A stretch of 64,000 nt of DNA from the IMG/VR virus record IMGVR_UViG_3300029305_009042, one strand, 5' to 3'. The DNA is from an uncultured virus (IMG/VR IMGVR_UViG_3300029305_009042). Taxonomy: Duplodnaviria; Heunggongvirae; Uroviricota; Caudoviricetes. Shown piece by piece: positions 1 to 9,100 of the stretch. A program made the position numbers and the translations under genes. The number at the start of each line of letters is the position of its first letter. Positions within the stretch are counted from its first letter, which is position 1. Below the pieces are notes generated by a model. The model worked only from the letters and a program-made list of their open reading frames with translations, searched no databases and had not been told where the DNA came from.

Positions 1-219
1 CCCACGCGCGAACAGGAAAAGCGGGACCTTCTCCAACAATTGGAGCGTCAGGCACTGGCAGCGGCATATGCAACCTTGCGATCGGCTCCGAATCTCCTGC
101 CTTCACCCCGGGAAGCAACCGAACAGCTGGGACGCAGACCTTCAAAAGAACCGCAGCCAATTTACGACTATACCCATCAGCAAGTCATCTGCCCGGACGG
201 ACTGAATCAGGTATTCTAG
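1..219 (+). CDS. 3' end of a hypothetical protein (partial, starts before window)
   Basis: Frame +1 is open from base 1 (PTREQEKRDLLQQLERQALAAAY...) to TAG at 217-219. Confidence 0.55.
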   Translation, partial: PTREQEKRDLLQQLERQALAAAYATLRSAPNLLPSPREATEQLGRRPSKEPQPIYDYTHQQVICPDGLNQVF

Positions 220-287
220 CCTGTCTATTTATATAACGGCGGACTGTTACAGCTATTTCAGAAAATTTCTGGGAAACGTTGTAAAAG

Positions 288-749
288 CTAAAAAAAAGAA
301 CGCTCACACCGTTCTTTTCTTGTTAGGCTGTAATTTCCTGTACCTGCGCAGTACATTTTTTCCAGATATATGCGCTGCTCTGCGCCCAGCACGTGAAGCG
401 TGACCGTGCCGCCTGGAAACAACCAGGAACAAAACAGCACCATGGCACTCAGCGCCATCAGTTGGAAAGACAGCGTGCTCAACATTCCAATGTCAAACAC
501 CTCCATAAGATAATACTTTTCTCGCGGGTTTCTTTTAAGGAGAACCCACAGGCGATATACCGTATTGGCTGCCATGATCCCGAGGATCCCTACCGCCGGG
601 ATCATGGCAGCGATAGCCGGTTCCCACTGCATATACGCATACGTGATGATGACACTGTGTGCCGCCATCGCGAGCATGCACACCACAACGCCGGTATACA
701 ACGTGAACAGAACCTGTGCAACGAAACGAATGACTGCATTTTTGAACAT
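288..749 (-). CDS. Hypothetical membrane protein (about 3 TM helices)
   Basis: 153-aa ORF with long hydrophobic stretches; AAGGA RBS-like sequence upstream. Confidence 0.7.
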   Translation of the reverse strand: MFKNAVIRFVAQVLFTLYTGVVVCMLAMAAHSVIITYAYMQWEPAIAAMIPAVGILGIMAANTVYRLWVLLKRNPREKYYLMEVFDIGMLSTLSFQLMALSAMVLFCSWLFPGGTVTLHVLGAEQRIYLEKMYCAGTGNYSLTRKERCERSFF

Positions 750-808
750 AACTAATTCCTTTCATAAAAAATTTTTCGAGGCGGCAACACGTAGCCTCTT
801 TGTAGTCA

Positions 809-832
809 ATATATATATATATATATATATAT
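809..832. repeat. (AT)12 dinucleotide microsatellite
   Basis: Perfect AT run in the intergenic region between divergent genes 749(-) and 955(+). Confidence 0.95.
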
Positions 833-954
833 GCCTCAAAGACTCGTTTAAGTACTTCTGACACCTAAAAAAGAAACACGGTTTCGCATAAACGTGAAAC
901 CGGGTTATATTATTTCAAGATTAACAGTTACCCTTTTTTTACAGGAGATATTAT

Positions 955-1353
955 ATGCTCAACAAACGAGCTGCCGCCGAGCAGTTACGAAAGTACGCGA
1001 CCGTCGCGAGACTGATCCGGGAACAGAGAATGATGCAGAAACGGGCTGGCTGGTTTGGTCCCTCCAAGCCTAAGCCCCAAACGGCAGACAACAGCCGTGT
1101 ATCCCGTCCCAGCCCTGAAGACAAATATGATATGCTTGAAATGTTGGATAACGGCAGCAACGCGACAGCCCGGCAACGCGGTGAACTGACCGACCATCAG
1201 AAGAAGCTAAGAGCCTGGCAGCAGGAAGGCTACAACAGTACACGCTGGTATCAGCCGGGAGATTGGCTTCGTGCCGGATTAGGTTCTTTGGAAAATCCAA
1301 CGTGGTATAATATGGCATTTCCAATGCCCAATAATTATACCCCGTCCCGCTGA
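955..1353 (+). CDS. Putative virion head/cargo protein with K-x-A leader peptide
   Basis: AGGAG RBS; N-terminus KRAAAEQLRKYATVARLIREQRMMQKRAG aligns with N-termini of ORFs at 55088 and 55796. Confidence 0.7.
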   Translation: MLNKRAAAEQLRKYATVARLIREQRMMQKRAGWFGPSKPKPQTADNSRVSRPSPEDKYDMLEMLDNGSNATARQRGELTDHQKKLRAWQQEGYNSTRWYQPGDWLRAGLGSLENPTWYNMAFPMPNNYTPSR

Positions 1354-1373
1354 TAGATATACGCCTTTGCAGG

Positions 1374-1769
1374 CTATCGGACGATCTTCAAAATGAGCCA
1401 CAAAATACATTGCAGTCCTCCGAGTACGAGCAGTTCTCCGAGTATTCCCCACCCTGTACCCGCAGTGAACGCAGCAGGTCCTACGGTATCTGCAATGTAT
1501 TTTACAAAAATAGACAGCTGAAGCCATGCCACAAGATTCCATGCAGCCCCATGCAGCGCGATGAAACTGGAACACCGGACAGCATATCGATAGAAGGCAT
1601 ACATTACTCCAGAGAAGATGACCGGCATTAAAAGAATCAATGCCTCTGGATCTCCGGTCGTAATTAAAACCCACACCCCAAAACACGGGATCGGCAGCAC
1701 AAAACACGCCAGACCGATCGGCAGCAGCATCCACGCCCACCACAACGCTTTCAAAACTTTCTCTTTCAT
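1374..1769 (-). CDS. Hypothetical membrane protein (4-5 TM)
   Basis: Very hydrophobic ORF; AGGAG RBS favours start MKEKVLK at 1769. Confidence 0.7.
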   Translation of the reverse strand: MKEKVLKALWWAWMLLPIGLACFVLPIPCFGVWVLITTGDPEALILLMPVIFSGVMYAFYRYAVRCSSFIALHGAAWNLVAWLQLSIFVKYIADTVGPAAFTAGTGWGILGELLVLGGLQCILWLILKIVR

Positions 1770-1896
1770 CTCAATTCTCCTTTTCTGAAAAAGTTCCAAA
1801 ATAAAACCTTACGTCCTGTTATATGCCCCAAAAGACGCTGGTTTTTAAGTCTCTATTATTAATAACGTCAGACCGTTACAGAAAGTTTCAGAAATT

Positions 1897-1925
1897 TTCG
1901 ATTATTTCCAATTTTCTGCTATACT
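1897..1925 (+). promoter_or_regulatory. sigma70-like promoter (TTCGAT-17-TATACT, extended -10 TG)
   Basis: Motif and spacing read directly; 45 bp upstream of ATG 1970. Confidence 0.45.
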
Positions 1926-1969
1926 CCTATCCGGATTTGCAAACCATAACCTGTTTAAGGAAGAAACTC

Positions 1970-2338
1970 ATGAGAAAATTATTACAGGAATTGTACGAAT
2001 GCGAACGGATGATGAAACTGGCAGCGGAAGCGAGTAGCTCCCCGAACCCAGAAACAAAAGCAGAGGCAGCCCAGCCTGCTCCGCCTGCAGCTGGTCCAGC
2101 AGCACCGTCTGCTCAGCCTGTAGCTAGTAAGCCTGTAGCTAATCCAGCAGTGCCGCCGTATCTAAACCGTGCTGGCGTGTCACGCAGTGTACCGATTACG
2201 GAGGAGATGCGTAAAATAATCCCTGAGATTGCGAACGCGACACATCTGCAACACATGGCAGATAAAAACGGGGTCTCCTGCTGGAAATCCCGGAAATGCA
2301 GGAGGATGGCACCAGGTACACTACCAACTACATGCTAA
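1970..2338 (+). CDS. N-terminal part of a probably frameshifted head/cargo protein (KLAA motif, Pro/Ala linker)
   Basis: AAGGA RBS, MRKLLQELYECERMMKLAAEA...; overlaps next ORF, which lies in the -1 frame. Confidence 0.55.
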   Translation: MRKLLQELYECERMMKLAAEASSSPNPETKAEAAQPAPPAAGPAAPSAQPVASKPVANPAVPPYLNRAGVSRSVPITEEMRKIIPEIANATHLQHMADKNGVSCWKSRKCRRMAPGTLPTTC

Positions 2339-3789
2339 GCACAGATCCCCGCTATGCCCGCTTGATGCAATTCATGCTCCCCAGTGAAGGAAGTGTGTCA
2401 GGACGCCTCCTTACAGACAAGACCGATCCGAGCAAAACTTGGCGAATAACTTATTCGCCGCATGGGATCCAGCGTGATACCCGCTATGGAGAGGAACCTC
2501 TCGAAATAGTACACGCTAATCCTGCCGGGCAGTTTCGGCGCTGGGAACCGGGAGAGCTGCCTCCCGCAGCCCGCGTGACTCCTGCGGCATCCCGTCCCAC
2601 AACACAGCCTACCGCTGGGACAGCGCCTGTAGGCCCTGCGCCGGTTGCGGACACAGCCGGATCTGCAGGACCGTCCGAGACCACCGCCGCCCCTCAAGAA
2701 CCGACTACCCCCGCAAATCCGGCAGAAGCTCATCTGGAAGCCTATCGTAAAGACCACGGTAAAAGACCGGAGTGGACCAAAGGGACACTGGCGGAATCGA
2801 TCTGGTCGGACCCGACGTTCCAGTCCAACGCGCTTACGGGTCTTGGAGTTGGTCTTTTAGGCGGACTTGGCGGTTACGCCTTAACGGGCGGACAGGGCGG
2901 TCTCGCGCCGTGGCTGATGCTCGGAGGCGGCGTAGGTGCCGGTATCGGCGGACTCTCCGGGTACAATCAGTGGAACGCGAATAAAACGGAATATGATGAC
3001 TTCCTCAAAAAACAGAAAGCATGGGATGCAGGGCTGGCGGCTGGCACACCCGTCGGTATGCTGGAAGACGGAACACCCGTCACACAGGAAGATGTGGATT
3101 CCGGAAACGTTCAGGTCGTCAGATCCGATGAAAAAGGCAAGCCTGTTTATGAAATAGTAGAACAAGGTCTGAAGGGCATATCTGTTCCTGGAAAAACAGG
3201 TACTCGTGTAGATGACAAAGGCGGCGTTTGGACTGAAGATGGACAAGAACGGCTGCCGGCTGAAAAAGATTTCGCCGCAAAAGCAACATATGATAAAACT
3301 CCTTTCATTGGCACAGGTGTAGGACAGCTCGGCGGAGAAATGCAGAATGGTCAGATGCGTTACTATGGATTTGTGAAACCTTACCCTTCTGCTGGCAATC
3401 CCCTCGCAAGAGATCATCATGCCTACTGGGTTACAGATGAGACACGGCCACTGGGAGGATACATTGTGTATGCTTACCCGAAGGGAGAATTGACAAATAA
3501 CCCTGCCGATTACACCTGGTACAAGGAAGGCGGCGGTTACTGGAATCTTCAGAAACCGATGGAATTGTCAGAAGTAGCTGCTCTGGTAGCTAATACCTCA
3601 TTAGACCCGAATCAGGCTCATTTACTTGACCGCTCTGCAGCTGCCAAAGAGCGGCTAAAACAACATGCCAACTCACGTACATTTTCGACGTGGGGCATGT
3701 TTGACAACGAGACACTCGGTTACGATCCGTATGGGGATGGAAGTCCGGCATGGCGCATACCATACACTCCGGACAACTCTGGTGAATAA
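2296..3789 (+). CDS. Glycine-zipper-containing protein, putative internal virion/ejection protein (likely C-terminal part of 1970..3789)
   Basis: 497-aa ORF with Pro/Ala/Thr linker and GLGVGLLGGLGGY...GGGVGAGIGGLSGY zipper. Confidence 0.7.
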   Translation: MQEDGTRYTTNYMLSTDPRYARLMQFMLPSEGSVSGRLLTDKTDPSKTWRITYSPHGIQRDTRYGEEPLEIVHANPAGQFRRWEPGELPPAARVTPAASRPTTQPTAGTAPVGPAPVADTAGSAGPSETTAAPQEPTTPANPAEAHLEAYRKDHGKRPEWTKGTLAESIWSDPTFQSNALTGLGVGLLGGLGGYALTGGQGGLAPWLMLGGGVGAGIGGLSGYNQWNANKTEYDDFLKKQKAWDAGLAAGTPVGMLEDGTPVTQEDVDSGNVQVVRSDEKGKPVYEIVEQGLKGISVPGKTGTRVDDKGGVWTEDGQERLPAEKDFAAKATYDKTPFIGTGVGQLGGEMQNGQMRYYGFVKPYPSAGNPLARDHHAYWVTDETRPLGGYIVYAYPKGELTNNPADYTWYKEGGGYWNLQKPMELSEVAALVANTSLDPNQAHLLDRSAAAKERLKQHANSRTFSTWGMFDNETLGYDPYGDGSPAWRIPYTPDNSGE

Positions 3790-3816
3790 ACATTTGTCCT
3801 TTGGAAGCGGTTCAAA

Positions 3817-4341
3817 TTAGAGCCGCTTCCTGAGAGAAACAATAAAGGCGGCAGTAATTGCAGTATAAGCGGCCCCTGGAATACTCACGACTAAAAAGTC
3901 TGTAATAGTGCCGAGACGCATACTTACCCCGAATATCAGCAGAAGCACATCCAGTACCAGAAGAGTACAAATCGTATTAATTCGCACTTTTTTATCAATA
4001 AAGCTCAGACAATTTAGAAAAGATACGATAAAGTAGATCAAACGAAGAATTGCCGTAGGCCATAAGAGCACAAAGGCTCCCAATAATGTTATACACAACC
4101 ATCCAAAGAGTAGCCAGTCTACCAACCTTTCAGCACTCGGACTATTTTTCGTTTTGTTAAGAGTCTTCTTCTCTAGCAGCTCAAACAAAACTCTCACCCC
4201 CTCGACCTCCCCGGCCTTCATCGTTTTTCCATCGACTTTAACGATGGTATCCTCGGACAATCTTCCCTGTTTTGCGAGCTCCTGAAGTTCTTCGAGGGTG
4301 AACGGTCCCATATCTTTGCCGAGGATCGAGAGGTAATACAT
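3817..4341 (-). CDS. GYF_2 (DUF4339)-domain membrane protein
   Basis: N-terminal YYLSILGKDMGPFTLEELQELAKQGRLSEDTIV is a typical GYF_2 signature; about 4 C-terminal TM segments; AAGGA RBS. Confidence 0.8.
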   Translation of the reverse strand: MYYLSILGKDMGPFTLEELQELAKQGRLSEDTIVKVDGKTMKAGEVEGVRVLFELLEKKTLNKTKNSPSAERLVDWLLFGWLCITLLGAFVLLWPTAILRLIYFIVSFLNCLSFIDKKVRINTICTLLVLDVLLLIFGVSMRLGTITDFLVVSIPGAAYTAITAAFIVSLRKRL

Positions 4342-4685
4342 TTTCGGTTCCTTTCTGTAAAATTCGTTCTTTTTCTTCATTAAACCACATCCCCGAAAAA
4401 CTTCAAGGGGGTCCTGTAAAAAAGAACGGGCGGGTGTTACAGAAAGTTCAAATTTTCCTGGAAGGCACAGAGGGCAGACAGGTTGTACGCGATGCACAGA
4501 GCCTTCTGCCTTGCGCCGAGGTATGCGATCGACTGCAGCTGCTTTATTATACCGGGAACAGCCGTCGTGTCCAGTATCCGAGAAAATCAGTTGGAAATCC
4601 TGTTTGCCCGTGTTTGTTATTCCAGTTTCAGACGGGGCAGCGGTCCTTCAACGCCTGCAATCGCAGCGATTATGATGTTCTGTGC

Positions 4686-4943
4686 TTACCAAGCGCGCCA
4701 ATGTCCGGGTTGGTGCTTTGGTGGTGGTGTACATGGTCTGATATTCGCCTCACCTTTGTCGTTTGTTCGGCTGTTCCATCTAGCGACAATATCCGGATAA
4801 AAACCGGAAAACATCGTCTGGCAATAACATTTCTGGCAAACGATTGCCACTTTGTCCTGATTCTTTTCATCTCTTTCTACTACCAAACGATGTGACCCGC
4901 ACATCGGACAAGGTTTTAATAAATACTCGTATGATTCTCTCAT
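4686..4943 (-). CDS. Lar-family restriction alleviation-like zinc-ribbon protein
   Basis: LKPCPMCG...VCQKC...ARWNSR pattern characteristic of Lar-family proteins. Confidence 0.7.
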   Translation of the reverse strand: MRESYEYLLKPCPMCGSHRLVVERDEKNQDKVAIVCQKCYCQTMFSGFYPDIVARWNSRTNDKGEANIRPCTPPPKHQPGHWRAW

Positions 4944-4945
4944 TT

Positions 4946-5152
4946 TTATTCCTCCGGTTCCGGTTCTGAATAGTCATATTGCCAAACAGTTCCATCTCCA
5001 TCTTCACCCGTTACGGTTTCTAAATATCCGCTATAGCCGCAATTCGGGCACGGGTGCACTCCGAACGAATTCAGGTCCCAGCCGCAACCCCATATAATTG
5101 GCATGTCTATTTCACGTTTACATTTAGGGCAAAAACGGGGGACGTTCATCAC
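4946..5152 (-). CDS. Small zinc-ribbon protein
   Basis: CPKC and CPNCG pairs; abuts the Lar-like gene. Confidence 0.6.
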   Translation of the reverse strand: MMNVPRFCPKCKREIDMPIIWGCGWDLNSFGVHPCPNCGYSGYLETVTGEDGDGTVWQYDYSEPEPEE

Positions 5153-5249
5153 GTCTAAAAATTTTTAATATTGTGGTTTTTGTCTTGCTCATACTTAAAT
5201 TGTCTGTACTCAAACATCTACCATTTTTGCGATTTCAGCGTTCGTTTTA

Positions 5250-5354
5250 TTAATCCTTCACCACCTGAATCCTTTGCCGGTCTTTACCCGGCATTGCCTG
5301 GAGTCCAGAGTGATACCGGAGTCCGGCAGAGGCAATCACTTTCTCAAACTCCAT
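5250..5354 (-). pseudogene. Probably truncated partner gene of the AAA ATPase (34 codons)
   Basis: MEFEKVIASAGLRYHSGLQAMPGKDRQRIQVVKD overlaps the ATPase stop with a GGAGG RBS, then stops abruptly at an AT-rich junction. Confidence 0.45.
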
Positions 5355-6570
5355 CTTCATACCCCTCCTCCGCATAGTTCTGTCCAATAATGGAGACGAC
5401 CTTATCGGTAATTCCGGTAAGTCCTCCCCAGCCGGAGATAGTCTGGTCAGCAGAAGCGGGATCCAGCGTTGAGATGTCCTGAAGTGTAACACCATCTTTT
5501 AGATGGCTGAAGGAATATGTCCTGAAGGACTTTCGAATGATCGAGTTAAAAACCGCAAGAATCGGTTTTTTCCTTGGCAGGCTGAATATATCAGTGAAGG
5601 CAGTATATCCGCAATCCGGATTTTTATGATGCAGCTTCTGCAGGTTCACCAGTGCCCAGACAAGATTCAGGATCACATCGGAGTGTGTCGATAGAATGAT
5701 ACGGTAGTTTCTCCAGAGCAGCTCGAGCACAAGCTGAAAGAAACTGACGATCGCCTGAGGATGCAGTCCCATCTCGGGTTCTTCAATAATGACCGTGTGG
5801 ATCCTCTCGCACTTTCGCTTCTGCCGGGGCGGCATAAGGTGATAGCATCCCAGCAACAAAGGCGTAAACTCACGCTGACCGGACGACCACGCATTGTACC
5901 CGATGCCACGGCTGTCTTTCTGTGCCAGCTGAATACTTTTAGCTCCAGTGTTCGCGTCTTTGTGTATTTGAACGGAAGCCCCCCAGTAAATTGACTGATC
6001 GATGTTCCTGCGAAATTCCTGCTTGAGCCGCTTTTCTACCGGAAACAGAGAGTGTGATGCTTCCGCGGCAAAGGAATCAACAAGATTCCAAAGTGTCTCA
6101 CTGAAAAATCTTAGGGAAAAGGGCGTTCCAAACGCATAGGAAGAAAACTGTCGAGGCCATCCGTTCTGAAACGCAAGTGTACGCTGCGCCGGAATATAGA
6201 AAGCGGAAGTATTCTTTTGTTCAGATTTCTTCAGAATCAGCTGCTGAAGATCCTGAACCCTGCCGTCTGTCCGGATCTTTTGGGATTCAGACGAGAGCAT
6301 AAGCGAAGATAGTCCTTCTCCGAAGTACAGCTCATGGAAAAGTTTCGTTGCCAGCACTGCATCGGAGACATCCCGCCAGTCACAATTATTCCGCCGGTAG
6401 AGCTGGTAGACCGCCTCGGCATCTTCCAAAAAATGATAAAGCTGCAGCAGAAGACTCTTACCGCTGGCCTGCGGTCCGACAACGACAGTTAAATCGCCAA
6501 ATTCAAGTTCACATTTTCGAATTGGACCAAAGTTTTCTACGGTCAGGCGTGTGATCATCTCAAACTCCAT
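5344..6570 (-). CDS. AAA/ABC-type ATPase (AAA_15/AAA_21 defence-associated type)
   Basis: N-terminal LTVENFGPI, Walker A GPQASGKS, YIPAQR, signature-like WSSGQRE, Walker B IIEEPEMGLHP, H-loop STHSD. Confidence 0.9.
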   Translation of the reverse strand: MEFEMITRLTVENFGPIRKCELEFGDLTVVVGPQASGKSLLLQLYHFLEDAEAVYQLYRRNNCDWRDVSDAVLATKLFHELYFGEGLSSLMLSSESQKIRTDGRVQDLQQLILKKSEQKNTSAFYIPAQRTLAFQNGWPRQFSSYAFGTPFSLRFFSETLWNLVDSFAAEASHSLFPVEKRLKQEFRRNIDQSIYWGASVQIHKDANTGAKSIQLAQKDSRGIGYNAWSSGQREFTPLLLGCYHLMPPRQKRKCERIHTVIIEEPEMGLHPQAIVSFFQLVLELLWRNYRIILSTHSDVILNLVWALVNLQKLHHKNPDCGYTAFTDIFSLPRKKPILAVFNSIIRKSFRTYSFSHLKDGVTLQDISTLDPASADQTISGWGGLTGITDKVVSIIGQNYAEEGYEDGV

Positions 6571-6598
6571 TCAGTAAGTAAGGTACGACAGTGCTACC

Positions 6599-6627
6599 AT
6601 CTTACAGGATAATATGCCGTTTGTCAA
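6599..6627 (-). promoter_or_regulatory. sigma70-type promoter TTGACA-17-TAAGAT for the ATPase
   Basis: Near-consensus boxes at 17-bp spacing, 29 bp upstream of start 6570. Confidence 0.7.
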
Positions 6628-6790
6628 TGGGGCTTCCCGCAAAAATGTCCCTTTTTAAGGTATTGACTACAGAATATGATCGGACATGCTCTTCTTTACT
6701 TACGCTAGTCATCGTACTCCTCGATTCGACCCATCCCGCAGACCTTCAGCGTATAATTCATATTTTCCCCCTTATATCTGACATATTAAT

Positions 6791-6819
6791 AAAAAAGCGG
6801 AAGGGGTTCTCCCTTCCGC
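6791..6819 (-). terminator. Rho-independent terminator after SPFH gene
   Basis: GCGGAAGGG/CCCTTCCGC stem followed by T6 on minus strand. Confidence 0.85.
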
Positions 6820-6835
6820 AAACAGGGTGCTCGTC

Positions 6836-7711
6836 TTATTTTGACGTCTCGAACGTCGGAACAGGCGGAGTTCCGAGAATGTGTGTCGGAAGCTGCCCGT
6901 CCCACTTGCGGAGTCCCTCATAGTAAAGGACAGGCTGGTTTTCTTTCAGTGCTGTCCCCAGCTGCCGGACCGCCTCCGCTTCGGCCTCGGTCTTGATCCG
7001 TACAGCCTCCGCCTCGCCTTCGGCTCTGGCTTTAGCCGCATCCGCTTCGCCCTGCGCGGTCACGACTGTTTTCTCGGCCTCTACCCGGATCTTCTCAAGT
7101 TCATTTTTCGCCGTCAGCGCCGCCTGTTCCGCCGCGATCTTCTGCTCGACCGCCTCATCGAAAGTCCGGGAGAACCGGAAATCCGTCAGGGATATGGCCT
7201 CTACCCGCAATCCGCGAGCACAGAGCCGCTCTTCCAGCGCAGTACGGATCGCCTGTGAGAGTTCCTCGCGCTTTGTGACCAGCTCCTCGGCCGTGTAGCG
7301 GGCAGTCTGAGACTTGAAGACCTCCATGACTGCCGGTACGATGATCTTACTCTGATAATCCACGCCAACGGTCTGAAAGAGCGCCGGCGTCTGCTCACGT
7401 GCAAGCGCGTAGTTCAAGGCCAGTGTGGTGGAAACGATCTGCAGATCCTTTGTGGACCCTTCCGAGTTCACCTCGCACAGCTGGGTCTGTACGCTGCTCA
7501 TTTTCACACTGGTCACGAACGGTATCACCAGATGGACCCCCTCCGCCAGCGGTTCCGGCTGTACTTCGCCGAGCCTCACGACAACGCCGGAATGCCCGGG
7601 CGGCACTATCGTGACACCGGACCACAGCACGACCGCCAGAAGAAGGACTAAACCGAGCCATTTGCCGCGGCAAAGTACCTGCCGCAAAACCTGTTTCACA
7701 TCATCATCCAT
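6836..7711 (-). CDS. Prohibitin/SPFH (band 7) family membrane protein
   Basis: N-terminal TM, IVPPGHSGVVVRLG, EGVHLVIPF, TKDLQ, FDEAVEQK..AEQ..AEGEA coiled coil, KWDGQLP. Confidence 0.93.
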   Translation of the reverse strand: MDDDVKQVLRQVLCRGKWLGLVLLLAVVLWSGVTIVPPGHSGVVVRLGEVQPEPLAEGVHLVIPFVTSVKMSSVQTQLCEVNSEGSTKDLQIVSTTLALNYALAREQTPALFQTVGVDYQSKIIVPAVMEVFKSQTARYTAEELVTKREELSQAIRTALEERLCARGLRVEAISLTDFRFSRTFDEAVEQKIAAEQAALTAKNELEKIRVEAEKTVVTAQGEADAAKARAEGEAEAVRIKTEAEAEAVRQLGTALKENQPVLYYEGLRKWDGQLPTHILGTPPVPTFETSK

Positions 7712-7722
7712 TATCGAATCTC

Positions 7723-8004
7723 CTAATTAAAAAGGTCTTCCAAACCAGAAATATCCTGCACGATCCTGATGTCCGCCGGGTCCCGGATCTTACTGCCTGC
7801 CAGCTCCCCTGTAAAGGATATAGGCGTCCCGAAGCGGTGCGCCTGGATCGCAAGACTGTAGTCGTCCGCGCGGTCCAGAGAAACCGTCAGCTTTTTCCCG
7901 AACGGACGACAGGAGACCAGCGCAGTACCGTAAGGCCCCCTCTTCCGCTCGTCAAACCCTTTTTCCCGCAAGGCGCACACCAGCCCGCAAAAAGATTCTC
8001 TCAT
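7723..8004 (-). CDS. Hypothetical protein
   Basis: Strong AGGAGG RBS, 93 aa, directly upstream of SPFH gene. Confidence 0.6.
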   Translation of the reverse strand: MRESFCGLVCALREKGFDERKRGPYGTALVSCRPFGKKLTVSLDRADDYSLAIQAHRFGTPISFTGELAGSKIRDPADIRIVQDISGLEDLFN

Positions 8005-8106
8005 ATCTCCTCCTTTACTCACTACATCTATGCTATCAGTATATTAAGAGAGACGGTATGACTGTCAAGACAGTCCGCTATAGATACTCCTAGCAAAAAA
8101 GACCTA

Positions 8107-8135
8107 TTGACAGCCGGCTCGCAGTTTACTATAAT
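8107..8135 (+). promoter_or_regulatory. Perfect sigma70 consensus promoter TTGACA-17-TATAAT for the R-M operon
   Basis: Exact consensus at 8107-8112 and 8130-8135, followed by AGGAGG RBS and ATG 8156. Confidence 0.9.
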
Positions 8136-8155
8136 CTCATGAATCAGGAGGAATT

Positions 8156-9100
8156 ATGAAGAAACTTACATTTATCGATTTATTTGCCGGGATCGGCGGT
8201 ATCAGACTGGGCTTCGAACAGGCTGGATGTCAGTGCGTCTACTCCAGTGAGTGGGACACATATGCTCAAAAAACCTATCAGGCGAATTTTGGGGAGCTGC
8301 CGGACGGGGATATTACAAAGGTTTGCTCAGCGGATATTCCGGATCATGAGATCCTGACAGGTGGTTTCCCATGCCAACCGTTTTCCATCGCAGGCGTCTC
8401 TAAGAAGAATAGTCTGGGGCGTGCTACCGGTTTTGAGGATGAGACGCAGGGAACACTGTTTTTCGATGTCTGCCGTATCCTGAAAGAGAAAAAACCTCGA
8501 GCGTTTATGCTGGAAAATGTGAAGAACCTGAAAAGTCATGATCGAGGAAATACATTTCGAGTCATCCTCGACTCATTGCAGGACCTGGGGTACCGCGTGT
8601 TTTATCAGGTGCTCGATGGACAGCTGTTTGTGCCGCAGCACCGGGAGCGTATCGTGATCGTTGGTTTTCGTGAAGGAGAGCCTGTATTCAACTTTGATCT
8701 TGTACCGTGCACCCCGAAGCCGAAAGTGCGGGATATTCTTGATACGGAAGTTGATCCGAAGTATACACTTACAGATAAACTCTGGTCCTACCTTCAGGGC
8801 TATGCAGAAAAGCATAGAGCGGCCGGGAACGGCTTCGGCTATGGACTGGCAGATCTGGATGGTGTGACCCGGACGCTGAGTGCCCGATATTATAAGGACG
8901 GTTCGGAGATCCTTATCCCCCAGGACGGCGGAAGGAACCCGCGCAGACTGACCCCTCGAGAGTGTGCCAGACTTATGGGGTTTCCAGACTCCTTTGTGAT
9001 TCCAGTGTCGGACACTCGTGCGTACAAGCAGTTCGGCAATTCCGTTGTTGTGCCGCTTATAGCACAGATAGCCGAAAGGATCGTAAGGAGACTGACATGA
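8156..9100 (+). CDS. dcm: DNA (cytosine-5)-methyltransferase, Dcm/M.EcoRII-like
   Basis: Motifs [63 protein letters not shown]. Confidence 0.95.
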   Translation: MKKLTFIDLFAGIGGIRLGFEQAGCQCVYSSEWDTYAQKTYQANFGELPDGDITKVCSADIPDHEILTGGFPCQPFSIAGVSKKNSLGRATGFEDETQGTLFFDVCRILKEKKPRAFMLENVKNLKSHDRGNTFRVILDSLQDLGYRVFYQVLDGQLFVPQHRERIVIVGFREGEPVFNFDLVPCTPKPKVRDILDTEVDPKYTLTDKLWSYLQGYAEKHRAAGNGFGYGLADLDGVTRTLSARYYKDGSEILIPQDGGRNPRRLTPRECARLMGFPDSFVIPVSDTRAYKQFGNSVVVPLIAQIAERIVRRLT

